The translations under genes were made by a program, and so were the position numbers. 64,000 nucleotides of DNA from Lentisphaeria bacterium (GTDB taxonomy: Bacteria; Verrucomicrobiota; Lentisphaeria; Victivallales; Victivallaceae): the NCBI GenBank assembly GCA_017508135.1, contig JAFVZN010000070.1, positions 1,122 to 65,121 of the forward strand, in the 5' to 3' direction. The notes beneath the pieces are model-generated. The model saw nothing but the letters and a program-made list of their open reading frames with translations. It did no database searches and had not been told where the DNA came from. Below, one piece after another: positions 18,105-28,094 of the stretch. The number at the start of each line of letters is the position of its first letter. Position 1 is the stretch's first letter.

Positions 18105-18761
18105 ATGAGTTTTCAGAAAAACACCCAAATCGCAGTTGAAAAACTTTCCGCCATAAAAATCGTTCCCGTCCTCGTTCTGAACGATGTCGATTCCGGTTTG
18201 AAGATGTGCGAACTCCTCGCTGAATGCGGTCTGCCCGCCGCAGAGATAACCTTCCGCACCACCGCCGCCGAAGCGGTGATAAAGGCCGCCGCCAGCCGTT
18301 TCCCGGAACTCTACCTCGGAGCCGGAACCATTCTCAACTCCCGCGATCTGCACCGCGCCTTTGAAGCCGGTGCCAAATTTGCCGTGGCTCCGGGCTTCAA
18401 CCCGACCATCGTCAAGGAGGCGGTCGCCAACGGTTTCGCTTTCGCCCCCGGTGTCTGCACTCCCAGCGAAGTGGAACAGGCGATGGAGTACGGCTGCCGT
18501 TTCCTCAAATTCTTCCCGGCGGAAGCCTCCGGCGGCGTGAACTTTCTCAAATCTCTGATCGCTCCCTACAAGCATCTCGGAGTGCGCTTTATGCCCACCG
18601 GCGGTGTTTCCACCGGAAACGTGGCTGAATATCTGAAACTCAAAGAAGTCGTCGCCGTCGGCGGAACCTGGCTGGGCAAGAGCAGCGATATCGAAAGCGG
18701 CAGCTGGGATACCATCCGCACTGCGGTCAAAGCGGCAGTTGAACTGAGCAAAAATATCTGA
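18105..18761 (+). CDS. eda: KDPG / KHG aldolase
   Basis: IVPVLVL...AEITFRT...GAGTILN...KFFPAE...MPTGGV. ATG 18105 is preferred; the track ORF starts at TTG 18087. Confidence 0.9.
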   Translation: MSFQKNTQIAVEKLSAIKIVPVLVLNDVDSGLKMCELLAECGLPAAEITFRTTAAEAVIKAAASRFPELYLGAGTILNSRDLHRAFEAGAKFAVAPGFNPTIVKEAVANGFAFAPGVCTPSEVEQAMEYGCRFLKFFPAEASGGVNFLKSLIAPYKHLGVRFMPTGGVSTGNVAEYLKLKEVVAVGGTWLGKSSDIESGSWDTIRTAVKAAVELSKNI

Positions 18762-18776
18762 CGGAGAGATGATCGT

Positions 18777-19940
18777 ATGAAAAAGTTTTTCTCACTGTTC
18801 GCTCTGGCAGCAGCAGTGTTATCATTTCATGCACTCAGAGCAGAAGATGATACCGAACCGGCACACGAATGTACCAGTTGGATGGTGTTCAGCAACCTGA
18901 CCAAAAACAACACCAACATTCTGCACAAAAACCGCGATTCCAAGATCCGTAACATCGCCGCATATATGAGTGCCCCCGGCACCAAACGCAAGTGGATCGC
19001 CATCGGCAACGCCTCCACCAACTCCGGCGTAAACTCTTCCGGTCTTGCCGGTGCCATGAACAGCGGAGAAAAAACTCCCGATGAACCCAACCCCAAGGGG
19101 CAGGGCAGAAAAGGTACAGTAGAACTGCTTGAAATCATTCTCAACAGTTGCGACACTGCGGCGCAGGCAGTCGCCAAACTCAAAGAGATGGTCGTTGATA
19201 AAAAAGATTATTACCACGGCGATCACGGTTCGACCTTCTTTTTCCTGGACACCAAAGAGGGGTATATTTGCGAATTCACCCCGAAATATTTCACCGTTCA
19301 GCGGTGTGAAAAAGATTACGCGCTCCGCGCCAATATCTGGCAGAACCCCGGAATGCAGTCCCGCGCCAGAGGCTCTTTTCTCACCTATCTTCACAGCAGT
19401 ACCCGGGCATACACAGTTCTTTCCAGCTTGAACAACGCTCTGGATACCAACGGTAAAATCACCGTCAAAGATATTATCGCTCTCTCCCGCAACAACACGC
19501 TGCCCAAAGGTGCTGAAAAGAAGTATCTGGTCTGCAACAAACGTACCAACTCCGGCAACACCATGGAGATCGACATCCAGTATCCGGATGTCCTTTCCAG
19601 CTGTTACTTCACCCTCGGTTATCCCCGTCACACCATCTGTCTGCCGATGCCCGTCTGTGTTGAAAAGATCCTGCCTTCCATGCAGACTTACATTTGGTCA
19701 AAGGCGGCGTTTGCCCGCTTTGACAAACTTGGTACCGATGTGGAAATCCCGGCAGAATGGCAGAAGTTTGAAGCTGATGCCATGACAAAATATGCCGCTG
19801 CCAAAGTGCAGGCGCGCAAACTTCTTGCCCTCGGCAAGCGCGCTGAAGCGATCAAACTGCTCAACACGACGGCTTACGGAATTTGGACTCAGGCAGAAGC
19901 TCTGTTGAAACCGGCAGCGGCAACAACTGTTACCAAGTAA
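18777..19940 (+). CDS. Secreted Ntn-hydrolase-like protein (peptidase C69 / choloylglycine-hydrolase-like)
   Basis: 387 aa. A signal peptide is followed by AHECTSWMVF...ILHKNRDSK, i.e. Cys-Thr followed by an NRD box as in Cys-nucleophile Ntn hydrolases. It is a paralogue of the partial CDS at 1..550. Confidence 0.75.
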   Translation: MKKFFSLFALAAAVLSFHALRAEDDTEPAHECTSWMVFSNLTKNNTNILHKNRDSKIRNIAAYMSAPGTKRKWIAIGNASTNSGVNSSGLAGAMNSGEKTPDEPNPKGQGRKGTVELLEIILNSCDTAAQAVAKLKEMVVDKKDYYHGDHGSTFFFLDTKEGYICEFTPKYFTVQRCEKDYALRANIWQNPGMQSRARGSFLTYLHSSTRAYTVLSSLNNALDTNGKITVKDIIALSRNNTLPKGAEKKYLVCNKRTNSGNTMEIDIQYPDVLSSCYFTLGYPRHTICLPMPVCVEKILPSMQTYIWSKAAFARFDKLGTDVEIPAEWQKFEADAMTKYAAAKVQARKLLALGKRAEAIKLLNTTAYGIWTQAEALLKPAAATTVTK

Positions 19941-19955
19941 GCAAGGAGAAATAAA

Positions 19956-20864
19956 TTGCACAACTTGTCGAAACAGCAAATGTCAAAATTTTCTCCGGCG
20001 GTATACTTTTGTACCGCCGTTTTGCTGTTGCTGTCGGCATCTCTTCCGGCACAAGCGGCAAAGAAAGTCTGGACACGCGGTCTGAAGTCCCGGAATTATA
20101 ATTTCTATATTTACGATTCCAGAAAAAATCTGTTCCGCAAAGTACTCAACAATCTGGAAAATGCCCGCTCCCAATTTGAACTTTTTCTGCCGCCGCCGCC
20201 CGGAGTTGTTCCGGAACGGGGAATAGTAAATATATACCGTACCCGGCAGCAGTACCTGGCTGCAGTCGGAAAAGAGTTCAGTTGGAGTTCCGGTGTCTGG
20301 AACGGCAAGACCCTTGAAATCTCCCCGCCCCCCGGCGAAGGCAGCCGGAACGCCTACCGCAAGTACACGTCAACTGTCATCTACCATGAAGGTTTCCATC
20401 AATATCTTGCCTCCATTCTGGAAAACAACGTGATGCCCGGCATGTGGTTCAACGAAGGCAGTGCGCAGGTTTTTGAAGATATTCAAAACAGCGGCAATAT
20501 CGCGATTCCGCGCAAAAAAGAAAATGAGCTTGCCCTGGCGGTCAGGATGTTCCACGGAGATTTGTACACCTTTATGAAAAAAGATTACAAGCAGTTCTAT
20601 GAAGAAAAGAGCCGTAATCTCAACTACCGTTTTGCCAACGCTTTGATGTTCTACCTCTACGTTGGCGCCGCATCGGAAAAATCTCCGTTTGCCAGGCTTC
20701 CAATCCGCTATGTTCATCTGCTCAGGCAGTACCGCGACCAGTTCAAGGCACTGAATGTCCTGAAAAAAGAGTTCGATTTCAAACAGCTTGAACGCGAATT
20801 TCGCGCGTTCTGGAGTTCAACCTCCCGGATAAACCGGGCGCGCCGTTACCGGAAACAGCCATGA
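19956..20864 (+). CDS. Secreted hypothetical protein with HEXXH zinc-metallopeptidase motif
   Basis: 302 aa. TTG start with AAGGAG 7 nt upstream; an alternative ATG is at 19980. It has a signal peptide and the motif IYHEGFHQY. Its stop overlaps the recQ start (ATGA). Confidence 0.7.
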   Translation: MHNLSKQQMSKFSPAVYFCTAVLLLLSASLPAQAAKKVWTRGLKSRNYNFYIYDSRKNLFRKVLNNLENARSQFELFLPPPPGVVPERGIVNIYRTRQQYLAAVGKEFSWSSGVWNGKTLEISPPPGEGSRNAYRKYTSTVIYHEGFHQYLASILENNVMPGMWFNEGSAQVFEDIQNSGNIAIPRKKENELALAVRMFHGDLYTFMKKDYKQFYEEKSRNLNYRFANALMFYLYVGAASEKSPFARLPIRYVHLLRQYRDQFKALNVLKKEFDFKQLEREFRAFWSSTSRINRARRYRKQP

Positions 20865-22876
20865 ATTCTCTGCCTGATTTGGAAAATTTGTTGCGGAAAT
20901 ATTTCGGCTTTGACGGTTTTCTCGACCACCAGAAGGATGTGGTCCGGCGCATTACCGCCGGAGAAAATCTCTGTGTCGTCATGCCGACCGGTGCCGGAAA
21001 GTCGCTCTGTTATCAACTTCCGGCGATGCTGAACAACTCCTACACGCTGGTCATCTCCCCGCTTATCGCCCTGATGGCGGATCAGGTGGCGGCACTGCGG
21101 CGGCACAATATTCCTGCGGCATTTATCAACAGTTCCATCAGCTTTGCCGAACAGCTTGATGCCGTGAGAGAAACTGAAAGCGGCAGAATAAAACTTCTCT
21201 ATGTCGCACCGGAACGGCTGCAGACCGACTTCTTTTACGACTTCCTCTGCCGGAACAAGCCGGATATGCTGGTGGTGGACGAAGCGCACTGCATAAGCGA
21301 ATGGGGACATGATTTCCGCCCGAGCTACCGCCGGATAGGTGCGATCGCGGAAAATGCGGGGATCAAACATATATGCGCTTTCACCGCCACGGCAACGCCG
21401 GAGGTGTGTGCCGATATCGCCGTCCAGCTCCGCGCTCCGGAGATGCAGCTGGTCGCCGCCGGATTCCGCCGTCCCAATCTCTCTTTTAAAGTGCAGGAGT
21501 GCAAAGGCGGCAGAGAAGCCAAACTTTCCGTCATAAAAAAGCTGCTGGAAAAAAGAAAAGACGGTGCCGTCATCATCTATGCCGCCACCCGGCAGGCGGT
21601 GGATGAACTCTCCTCTCTGCCCGATGTCCGGGGTTATCACGCCGGAATGAGCAACGAAGAACGCAACGATGCGCAGAAATATTTTATGACCCACCCGGCA
21701 CCGGTGCTGGCGGCAACCAACGCTTTCGGCATGGGTATCGACCGGCCGGACGTGCGGATGGTCATCCATTACCAGCTGCCGGGCTCGCTGGAAGCCTATT
21801 ATCAGGAGGCGGGCAGAGCCGGACGTGACGGGGAAAGTGCCGAATGTATTTTGCTTTTCAGTTACGCTGACCGCTACATCCAGAGCTTCCTTATTGAGAT
21901 GAACAATCCGCCGCCGGGAGTGATCCGCTCGGTTTACCGTACCATCCGGGCGTTATGCAGTGCCTCCCCCCATGCGGCACTGGAAATAAGTGCCGCCGAA
22001 TTGCAGAAACATATTCCGGAAGCGGCAAGTGACGGTCAGATTTCTGCGGCATTGGGGATATTGGAAAAATCCGGAGCCATCATCCGCAAATCCCGCCAGA
22101 CCGGTACCGGCAAGCTCAGATTCATTCAGGACACCGACTCTCTCCGTGTTCTGCATCAGGAGGAAAAGACTCAGCGTTCACGTTTCATCCACCGCATGAT
22201 CGGGCGTTACGGCACGGCATTAAAGAAGCCGCTTCCCGTGAACGTCGACGTGATGGCAGAAATCTGTCAACTCACCCCGGAACAGATCAAACGGGTGATA
22301 AACGCACTCAACAACGACGTTCTGCTCTGGGAGAGCGGCTTTTCCGGCAGAGCGATCGAACTTGCCGACTGCAATATGGTCGAAGCTCCGCTGGATGATA
22401 AAGAGTTGAACTTCCGCCGCGAATATGAAGAACAGCGGCTCAATGCCGTTATCCGTTACGCCTCAAGCTCCGACTGCCGCCAGAAGGAGCTTATCGGTTA
22501 CTTCGGAGAAAAGCCGGACAACTGGCAGTGCAACAGCTGCGACAACTGTTCCGGCCATTCCCCGGAAGCGTTGCACGCACAGGGCATAAGTGATGACGAT
22601 ATCCGTGTGGCACTCCGTGGAGCGGAACTTTTCAACGGCAGAATAGGTGCGGTCAAACTTGCCCAGATCCTGGCGGGCAGCCGCAGTGCCGGTATCATCG
22701 CCGGAAACTACCACCGGAACGTCTGTTTCGGCGCATTGCGGAAATTGAAGGTGACCCGCGTGGAGGAACTTATCCGCTCGTTGATCTCATCCGGGTTACT
22801 GGAACGAATTGAGCGCGGCGGTTATCCCTGCATCCGTCTCTCCGCCGCCGGGAAAGCCAAACTTTACGGCAGCTGA
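20861..22876 (+). CDS. recQ: ATP-dependent DNA helicase RecQ
   Basis: 671 aa with PTGAGKSLCYQLP, DEAHCISEWGHDFRPSY, QEAGRAGRDG and a Zn-binding Cys cluster. Confidence 0.95.
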   Translation: MNSLPDLENLLRKYFGFDGFLDHQKDVVRRITAGENLCVVMPTGAGKSLCYQLPAMLNNSYTLVISPLIALMADQVAALRRHNIPAAFINSSISFAEQLDAVRETESGRIKLLYVAPERLQTDFFYDFLCRNKPDMLVVDEAHCISEWGHDFRPSYRRIGAIAENAGIKHICAFTATATPEVCADIAVQLRAPEMQLVAAGFRRPNLSFKVQECKGGREAKLSVIKKLLEKRKDGAVIIYAATRQAVDELSSLPDVRGYHAGMSNEERNDAQKYFMTHPAPVLAATNAFGMGIDRPDVRMVIHYQLPGSLEAYYQEAGRAGRDGESAECILLFSYADRYIQSFLIEMNNPPPGVIRSVYRTIRALCSASPHAALEISAAELQKHIPEAASDGQISAALGILEKSGAIIRKSRQTGTGKLRFIQDTDSLRVLHQEEKTQRSRFIHRMIGRYGTALKKPLPVNVDVMAEICQLTPEQIKRVINALNNDVLLWESGFSGRAIELADCNMVEAPLDDKELNFRREYEEQRLNAVIRYASSSDCRQKELIGYFGEKPDNWQCNSCDNCSGHSPEALHAQGISDDDIRVALRGAELFNGRIGAVKLAQILAGSRSAGIIAGNYHRNVCFGALRKLKVTRVEELIRSLISSGLLERIERGGYPCIRLSAAGKAKLYGS

Positions 22877-23337
22877 GTGCCTTGCAATGCGGCAAGCGCG
22901 GAACTGATGGTGCTCCCGTCCGGAAAAGTCCACTCCGGAGCGATCTCAGCTAATGGCGCAAGGACGAACTCCCGGATTCTGGCGCGGGGATGAGGAATGG
23001 TCAAACGCGGCGTGTTGATCTCCATTTGGTCAAAGAGGATGATATCCAAGTCAAGGATACGGGATTCGCGGCTGCTGTGGATGGCGGGGCGGCCGGAAGA
23101 GATTTCAATTTTCTGACAGAGAGAGAGCAGTTCTTCCGGAGTACCGTTCCAACAGCCGATGACCGCCTGATCGATAAAATCCGGCGTACCGGGGACACAA
23201 TCCACGGCGGCAGAGTGGAAGATCGAACTGATTTTCCCGACGGAAAAACCGTTTTTTTCCAGTTCGGTGATGGCAGCTGCCATGGCATTTTCGCTTCCCG
23301 GCAGATTTCCGCCGAGCATAATTGCACTATTTGACAT
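22864..23337 (-). CDS. folK: 2-amino-4-hydroxy-6-hydroxymethyldihydropteridine diphosphokinase
   Basis: 157 aa with LDLDIILF...LTIPHPRARIREFVLAPLAEI. Its 3' end overlaps the recQ 3' end by 13 nt (convergent). Confidence 0.9.
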   Translation of the reverse strand: MSNSAIMLGGNLPGSENAMAAAITELEKNGFSVGKISSIFHSAAVDCVPGTPDFIDQAVIGCWNGTPEELLSLCQKIEISSGRPAIHSSRESRILDLDIILFDQMEINTPRLTIPHPRARIREFVLAPLAEIAPEWTFPDGSTISSALAALQGTQLP

Positions 23338-23407
23338 AAAAAAATTCGCTTTTTCGGGTTTATTGGTGTATATTATCTAATATGAATGTATACAGGAGTT
23401 TTTGCAA

Positions 23408-24376
23408 GTGTTGAAACAATTAAAAGTCGTTTTTCTTGGTTCCGGTCCGATCGCAGTGCCGATCCTGGAGGCGTTGTACCGTTCCGATATGATAGAGCTG
23501 CTCGAAGTCGTGACCCAGCCTGACCGTCCGGCAGGGCGCAAACGGGTGCTGACACCGACACCGCTGGGCAGTGCGGCACTGGCTCTGGGCATGGAACCGC
23601 TCCGGATACCGGATGTCAATGCTCCGGAGTTTCTGGAACATCTGACGGAACTTGAACCGGATATGCTGTGTGTGGTATCTTTCGGGCAGATATTGAAATC
23701 CCCCTTGCTGGCACTGCCGCGCTGCGGATGTGTCAATGTCCACGCCTCTCTGCTGCCGCTCTATCGCGGAGCATCACCCATCACCCAGGCGTTGCTCAAT
23801 GGCGACACCATGACAGGGATCGCATTCATGGAGATGGAAAAAGGTCTGGATTCCGGCCCCGTCTACCGGATGGAATATTGCCCGCTCGATGGCACGGAGT
23901 ACGCCGATGCGCTGGAGCTGAAACTCGGTCAGATTGCCGCTGATGTCGCCGCTGAAACCTTGTGCGCCATCGCTCAGGGCAAACTTCCGGGTGAAGTGCA
24001 GGATAAGACCCGGGTGACGGTCTGCCGCAAAATTTCCAAGCGGGACGGCAGATTTTCCTGGGAGTTCAACGCCGCGAAGATCGAACGCATGACCCGGGCA
24101 TTTTTCCCGTGGCCAGGCGCGGTGTGCGACTACCTTTCACCGGAAGGCAACGCCGGTGTCATCAATATTTGCAAAGCTGCAGTCATTGAAAATTCCACCC
24201 TTGCTCCCGGAGAGTGTGCCGATGTTCCGGGAAAACTTATCGTCGGCTGCGGCGAAAATACGGCATTGGAGATCATCGAACTTATTCCTTCCGGAGCCAA
24301 GCGGATGAATGCCGCCGCCTTCCGGAACGGGTTGCGCGGGCGGATCCCGCTTTTCCCGGAGGAGATATCAATTTAA
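23408..24376 (+). CDS. fmt: Methionyl-tRNA formyltransferase
   Basis: VVFLGSGPIAVPILEAL...NVHASLLPLYRGASPI. GTG 23408 is preferred because AGGAG lies 9 nt upstream; the track ORF starts at TTG 23402. Confidence 0.9.
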   Translation: MLKQLKVVFLGSGPIAVPILEALYRSDMIELLEVVTQPDRPAGRKRVLTPTPLGSAALALGMEPLRIPDVNAPEFLEHLTELEPDMLCVVSFGQILKSPLLALPRCGCVNVHASLLPLYRGASPITQALLNGDTMTGIAFMEMEKGLDSGPVYRMEYCPLDGTEYADALELKLGQIAADVAAETLCAIAQGKLPGEVQDKTRVTVCRKISKRDGRFSWEFNAAKIERMTRAFFPWPGAVCDYLSPEGNAGVINICKAAVIENSTLAPGECADVPGKLIVGCGENTALEIIELIPSGAKRMNAAAFRNGLRGRIPLFPEEISI

Positions 24377-24391
24377 TGGAAAAAAAGTTTT

Positions 24392-25996
24392 ATGGAAAGT
24401 AAACACAAGGAGATCATTCTTAATTGTGAAAAAATGGAACGCCGCTTTGCTCTGCTCAGCGGCGGCAAACTGGAAGAGTACAAAATTGAACGCGATGACA
24501 ATACCCCGCAGGTGGGGGATATCTATCTGGGAAAAATCATCAATCTGGATATTTCGCTTCAGGCGGCATTCGTCGATATCGGTGCCGCAAAAAATGCCTT
24601 TCTCCATTTCCGGGAGATGATACCGGGCAATTCCGAATTGATCGAACAATTTCAATTGGAACAAATGGAACGCCGCAGTTCCATACAGAAATGTTCCAAA
24701 AAACACAAAAACAGCGGTGCCAAAGCATCGCAGGAACAGCAACGCCGCAAAAACCGCATCACCCCGGAGGATATCCCCGATATCTTCAAACCCGGCATGG
24801 AGATCCTCGTTCAGGTGGTGAAAGCTCCCATCAGTACCAAAGGCGCCCGCGTTTCCACCGACATCTCCATTCCCGGCAGGTTTCTGGTGCTGATGCCGTA
24901 CTGCAACCATATCGGTTTATCCACACGCATCGAAAGCGCACCGGAACGTGAACGCTTACGCAAGATCATCGAAGCTCTCAATATCCCGGAGGGTATGGGA
25001 CTCATCTGCCGTACCGTCGGCGAAGGACGGCGCGCCACCAGTTTCAAACGCGACCTTGAACTGCTGATGGACCACTGGGACAAAATAACATCCGATATGG
25101 AGGAGCTTTCCGCTCCGGCACTGCTCTTTTCCGAACCCAACCTTATCGACCGCACGGTACGGGATTTTGTCACCGAAGAGATCAGCAGTCTCACCGTGGA
25201 TGATCCGGCGGCATACCGGAAGATCCGCGATACGCTCAAGCGCATCGGCGGCAGTAAAATGGTTTCCCGCGTACATCTGTACAGCGGCAACGAGCCGGTT
25301 TTTGAGTATTACCACATCGACGAACAGCTGGTCGAAGTCTTTCAGCGGAAGGTGAAACTCCCCGGCGGCGGCGAGATCGTCATCGACGAAACCGAAGCAA
25401 TGATCGCTATCGACGTCAACTCCGGTCACGGACGGAAGGCGGCTGAACAGCCGGACTTCATCCTCAAAACCAATCTGGAAGCGGCTGAAGAGATCGCCCG
25501 CCAGCTCCGGCTGCGCGATATCGGAGGTCTTGTTGTGATCGACTTTATCGATATGCGTTCAAGTTCCGACCGCGATGAGATCTTGCGCGTAATGAAACGC
25601 CTTACCAAAGATGACCGCGCCAAGACCAGAGTTCTGCCGTTGAGCAAACTCGGATTGATGGAGATGACCCGCCAGCGTGAACATGAAAGTATCCAGGCAC
25701 AGGTTTATACCCCCTGCCCCTATTGTCAGGGCAGCGGGCTGGTGAAATCCCCGGTGACGATGAGCGCGGAGATCCAGCGCAAACTGAACTCCATCATGCG
25801 CGACAAAAAGTACAAAGGTGTTGCTTTGCGTGTCTTTATGCATCCGGAAGTCCTCGCCCGGCTGCGCAATGAAGATGCCCATTTGCTCAGTGCCATGGAA
25901 TCAAAATACAAAAATGAACTTTCCTTCCGTGCCGATCCTGTACTCCACTACGAAGAGTTCAAGCTGGTCGATGTCGATACCGGCGTGGAAGTATGA
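24392..25996 (+). CDS. rng: Rne/Rng family ribonuclease (RNase G-like)
   Basis: 534 aa with an S1 domain (GDIYLGKIINLDISLQAAFVDIG), a catalytic core (AIDVNSG, GGLVVIDFIDM) and a Zn-link (CPYCQGSG). Confidence 0.9.
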   Translation: MESKHKEIILNCEKMERRFALLSGGKLEEYKIERDDNTPQVGDIYLGKIINLDISLQAAFVDIGAAKNAFLHFREMIPGNSELIEQFQLEQMERRSSIQKCSKKHKNSGAKASQEQQRRKNRITPEDIPDIFKPGMEILVQVVKAPISTKGARVSTDISIPGRFLVLMPYCNHIGLSTRIESAPERERLRKIIEALNIPEGMGLICRTVGEGRRATSFKRDLELLMDHWDKITSDMEELSAPALLFSEPNLIDRTVRDFVTEEISSLTVDDPAAYRKIRDTLKRIGGSKMVSRVHLYSGNEPVFEYYHIDEQLVEVFQRKVKLPGGGEIVIDETEAMIAIDVNSGHGRKAAEQPDFILKTNLEAAEEIARQLRLRDIGGLVVIDFIDMRSSSDRDEILRVMKRLTKDDRAKTRVLPLSKLGLMEMTRQREHESIQAQVYTPCPYCQGSGLVKSPVTMSAEIQRKLNSIMRDKKYKGVALRVFMHPEVLARLRNEDAHLLSAMESKYKNELSFRADPVLHYEEFKLVDVDTGVEV

Positions 25997-26020
25997 TATT
26001 TCAACGAAAGCAAGCATATT

Positions 26021-27136
26021 ATGAAAATCGTTGCCGATGACAAAATTCCGTACCTCAAAGGAGTATTGGAACCTTACGCCGAAGTGGTCTACCTTCCCGG
26101 CGGCAAAATCTCCCCCGCCGACCTCGCGGATGCCGATGCCCTTATCACCCGGACCCGCACCAGGTGTGACCGCCAGCTGTTGGAAAACTCTTCCGTAAAA
26201 CTGGTCGCCACCGCCACTATCGGCATCGACCATATCAACACCGCCGAACTTGATTCTCTCGGAATAAAATACTGCAACGCCCCCGGCTGTAACGCCGCCA
26301 GTGTAAAAAATTACATCGCAAGCGCGCTGGCTGTTCAAAACCGCGATCTGTCAAATCTGACACTGGGTATCATCGGTGCCGGTCACGTCGGGAAACTGGT
26401 CGCCGAAGCCGCAACTGCTATGGGGATGAAAGTTTTACTCAACGATCCGCCGCGCGCCGATGCGGAGGGGAAAGAAGCATTTACCGGATTGGATGAACTT
26501 CTCAAAGTTTCCGATGTGGTGACCATGCACGTTCCGCTGGAACACGGCGGAAAGTATCCGACGGTAAATATGGCAGATGCGGAATTTTTCGCAAAAATGA
26601 AAGACGGCGCATACTTTTTCAACAGCTGCCGCGGCGAAGTGATGGTCAAAGAGGCGTTCCTTGCCGCCAGAAATTCCGGAAAAATTGCCGGAGCATTGAT
26701 CGACGTCTGGCCGGAAGAACCGGAACTTGATCCCCGTCTGGTGCAGGCGGTGGAGATCGGTACGCCGCACATAGCCGGGTATTCCAAAGAGGGCAAAGCC
26801 AACGGAACTGCGGCAAGTATCCGCGCTGTGGCAGAGTTTTTCGATCTGCCCGCGTTGAAAGATTTTCAGCTTCCGCCGGGAACTTTGCCGGATCCGGTGT
26901 TTCCGGGATCCATTGAACTTGATCGCACCCTGCCGCTGTGGCAGCAGATAAACCGCGCGATACTCCATGTTTATGATGTACGCAGCGATGCCGCCGCGCT
27001 TTCCGGTGCGCCGGAGAAGTTTGAAGAGCTGCGCGGCGGATATTGGAACCGCCGGGAGTTTTCTGCATTTACCGTATACGGAGCATCGGCAGAGGCGCAG
27101 CGCGCACTTGCCGTTTTAGGATTCAACATTGGGTGA
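26021..27136 (+). CDS. pdxB: 4-phosphoerythronate dehydrogenase
   Basis: 371 aa starting MKIVADDKIPYL. It has the NAD site GIIGAGHVG and a PdxB-type C-terminal dimerisation region. Confidence 0.85.
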   Translation: MKIVADDKIPYLKGVLEPYAEVVYLPGGKISPADLADADALITRTRTRCDRQLLENSSVKLVATATIGIDHINTAELDSLGIKYCNAPGCNAASVKNYIASALAVQNRDLSNLTLGIIGAGHVGKLVAEAATAMGMKVLLNDPPRADAEGKEAFTGLDELLKVSDVVTMHVPLEHGGKYPTVNMADAEFFAKMKDGAYFFNSCRGEVMVKEAFLAARNSGKIAGALIDVWPEEPELDPRLVQAVEIGTPHIAGYSKEGKANGTAASIRAVAEFFDLPALKDFQLPPGTLPDPVFPGSIELDRTLPLWQQINRAILHVYDVRSDAAALSGAPEKFEELRGGYWNRREFSAFTVYGASAEAQRALAVLGFNIG

Positions 27137-27141
27137 GCTGT

Positions 27142-28062
27142 ATGAAAATTTTTAACAACATTCTCGAAACCGTCGGCACCACTCCGCTGGTCAAAATCAA
27201 CAAACTCAACCGCACCACCGCGGAGATCGTTGCCAAAATCGAATCGTTCAACCCCGGCGGTTCCGCCAAAGACCGGGTCGGTATCGCCATGATCGAAGCC
27301 GCTGAAAAAGCCGGTCTCCTCGCCCCCGGCGGCTTGATAATCGAACCCACCAGCGGCAATACCGGTGTCGGTCTGGCTCTGGCGGCGGCGATAAAAGGTT
27401 ACCGTCTTATTCTCACCATGCCCGATTCCATGAGCGTGGAACGGCGCAAACTTCTGGCGGCATACGGTGCGGAAATCGTTCTCACTCCCGGGGAGGGCGG
27501 AATGAATGCCGCCATCGCCAAAGCGGAGGAACTCCACCGCGCCAATCCCGGTTCCATCATTCCGGCACAATTCAGCAACCCCGCCAATCCGGATATCCAC
27601 CGCCGCACCACCGCTCAGGAGATCATCGCGGATACCGATGGCGATATCGCCGCGTTCGTTGCCGGTGTCGGCACCGGCGGAACGCTGACCGGTATCGGAG
27701 AGGTTCTCAAAGAACTGAACAAAGATATCAAAATCATCGCCGTTGAACCTGATTGCAGTGCCGTCATCTCCGGCAAAGCTCCCGGAGTGCATAAACTTCA
27801 GGGTATCGGCGCCGGGTTTATCCCGGATATATTGAACACCGCCATCATCGACGAAGTCGTTCCCGTCAGTGCGGACGATGCCGGAAAAACGGCGCGCGCC
27901 GCCGCGCGTGAAGAAGGTTTGCTCATCGGTATTTCCGGTGGAGCCGCCCTCTTTGCCGCCTGTGAGATCGCCAGGCGGCAGGAGTTTGCCGGAAAGCGTA
28001 TCGTTGTCCTGCTCCCGGATTCCGGCGAACGGTATCTTTCCACATGGTTGTTTGCGGATTGA
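27142..28062 (+). CDS. cysK: Cysteine synthase A (O-acetylserine sulfhydrylase)
   Basis: MKIFNNILETVGTTPLVKINKL, SFNPGGSAKDR, PTSGNTGVGLA. The track ORF (27043) carries a spurious N-terminal extension that overlaps pdxB. Confidence 0.95.
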   Translation: MKIFNNILETVGTTPLVKINKLNRTTAEIVAKIESFNPGGSAKDRVGIAMIEAAEKAGLLAPGGLIIEPTSGNTGVGLALAAAIKGYRLILTMPDSMSVERRKLLAAYGAEIVLTPGEGGMNAAIAKAEELHRANPGSIIPAQFSNPANPDIHRRTTAQEIIADTDGDIAAFVAGVGTGGTLTGIGEVLKELNKDIKIIAVEPDCSAVISGKAPGVHKLQGIGAGFIPDILNTAIIDEVVPVSADDAGKTARAAAREEGLLIGISGGAALFAACEIARRQEFAGKRIVVLLPDSGERYLSTWLFAD

Positions 28063-28094
28063 CCGCAACACCTTGAAAAGCCGATTAAAAAAAC

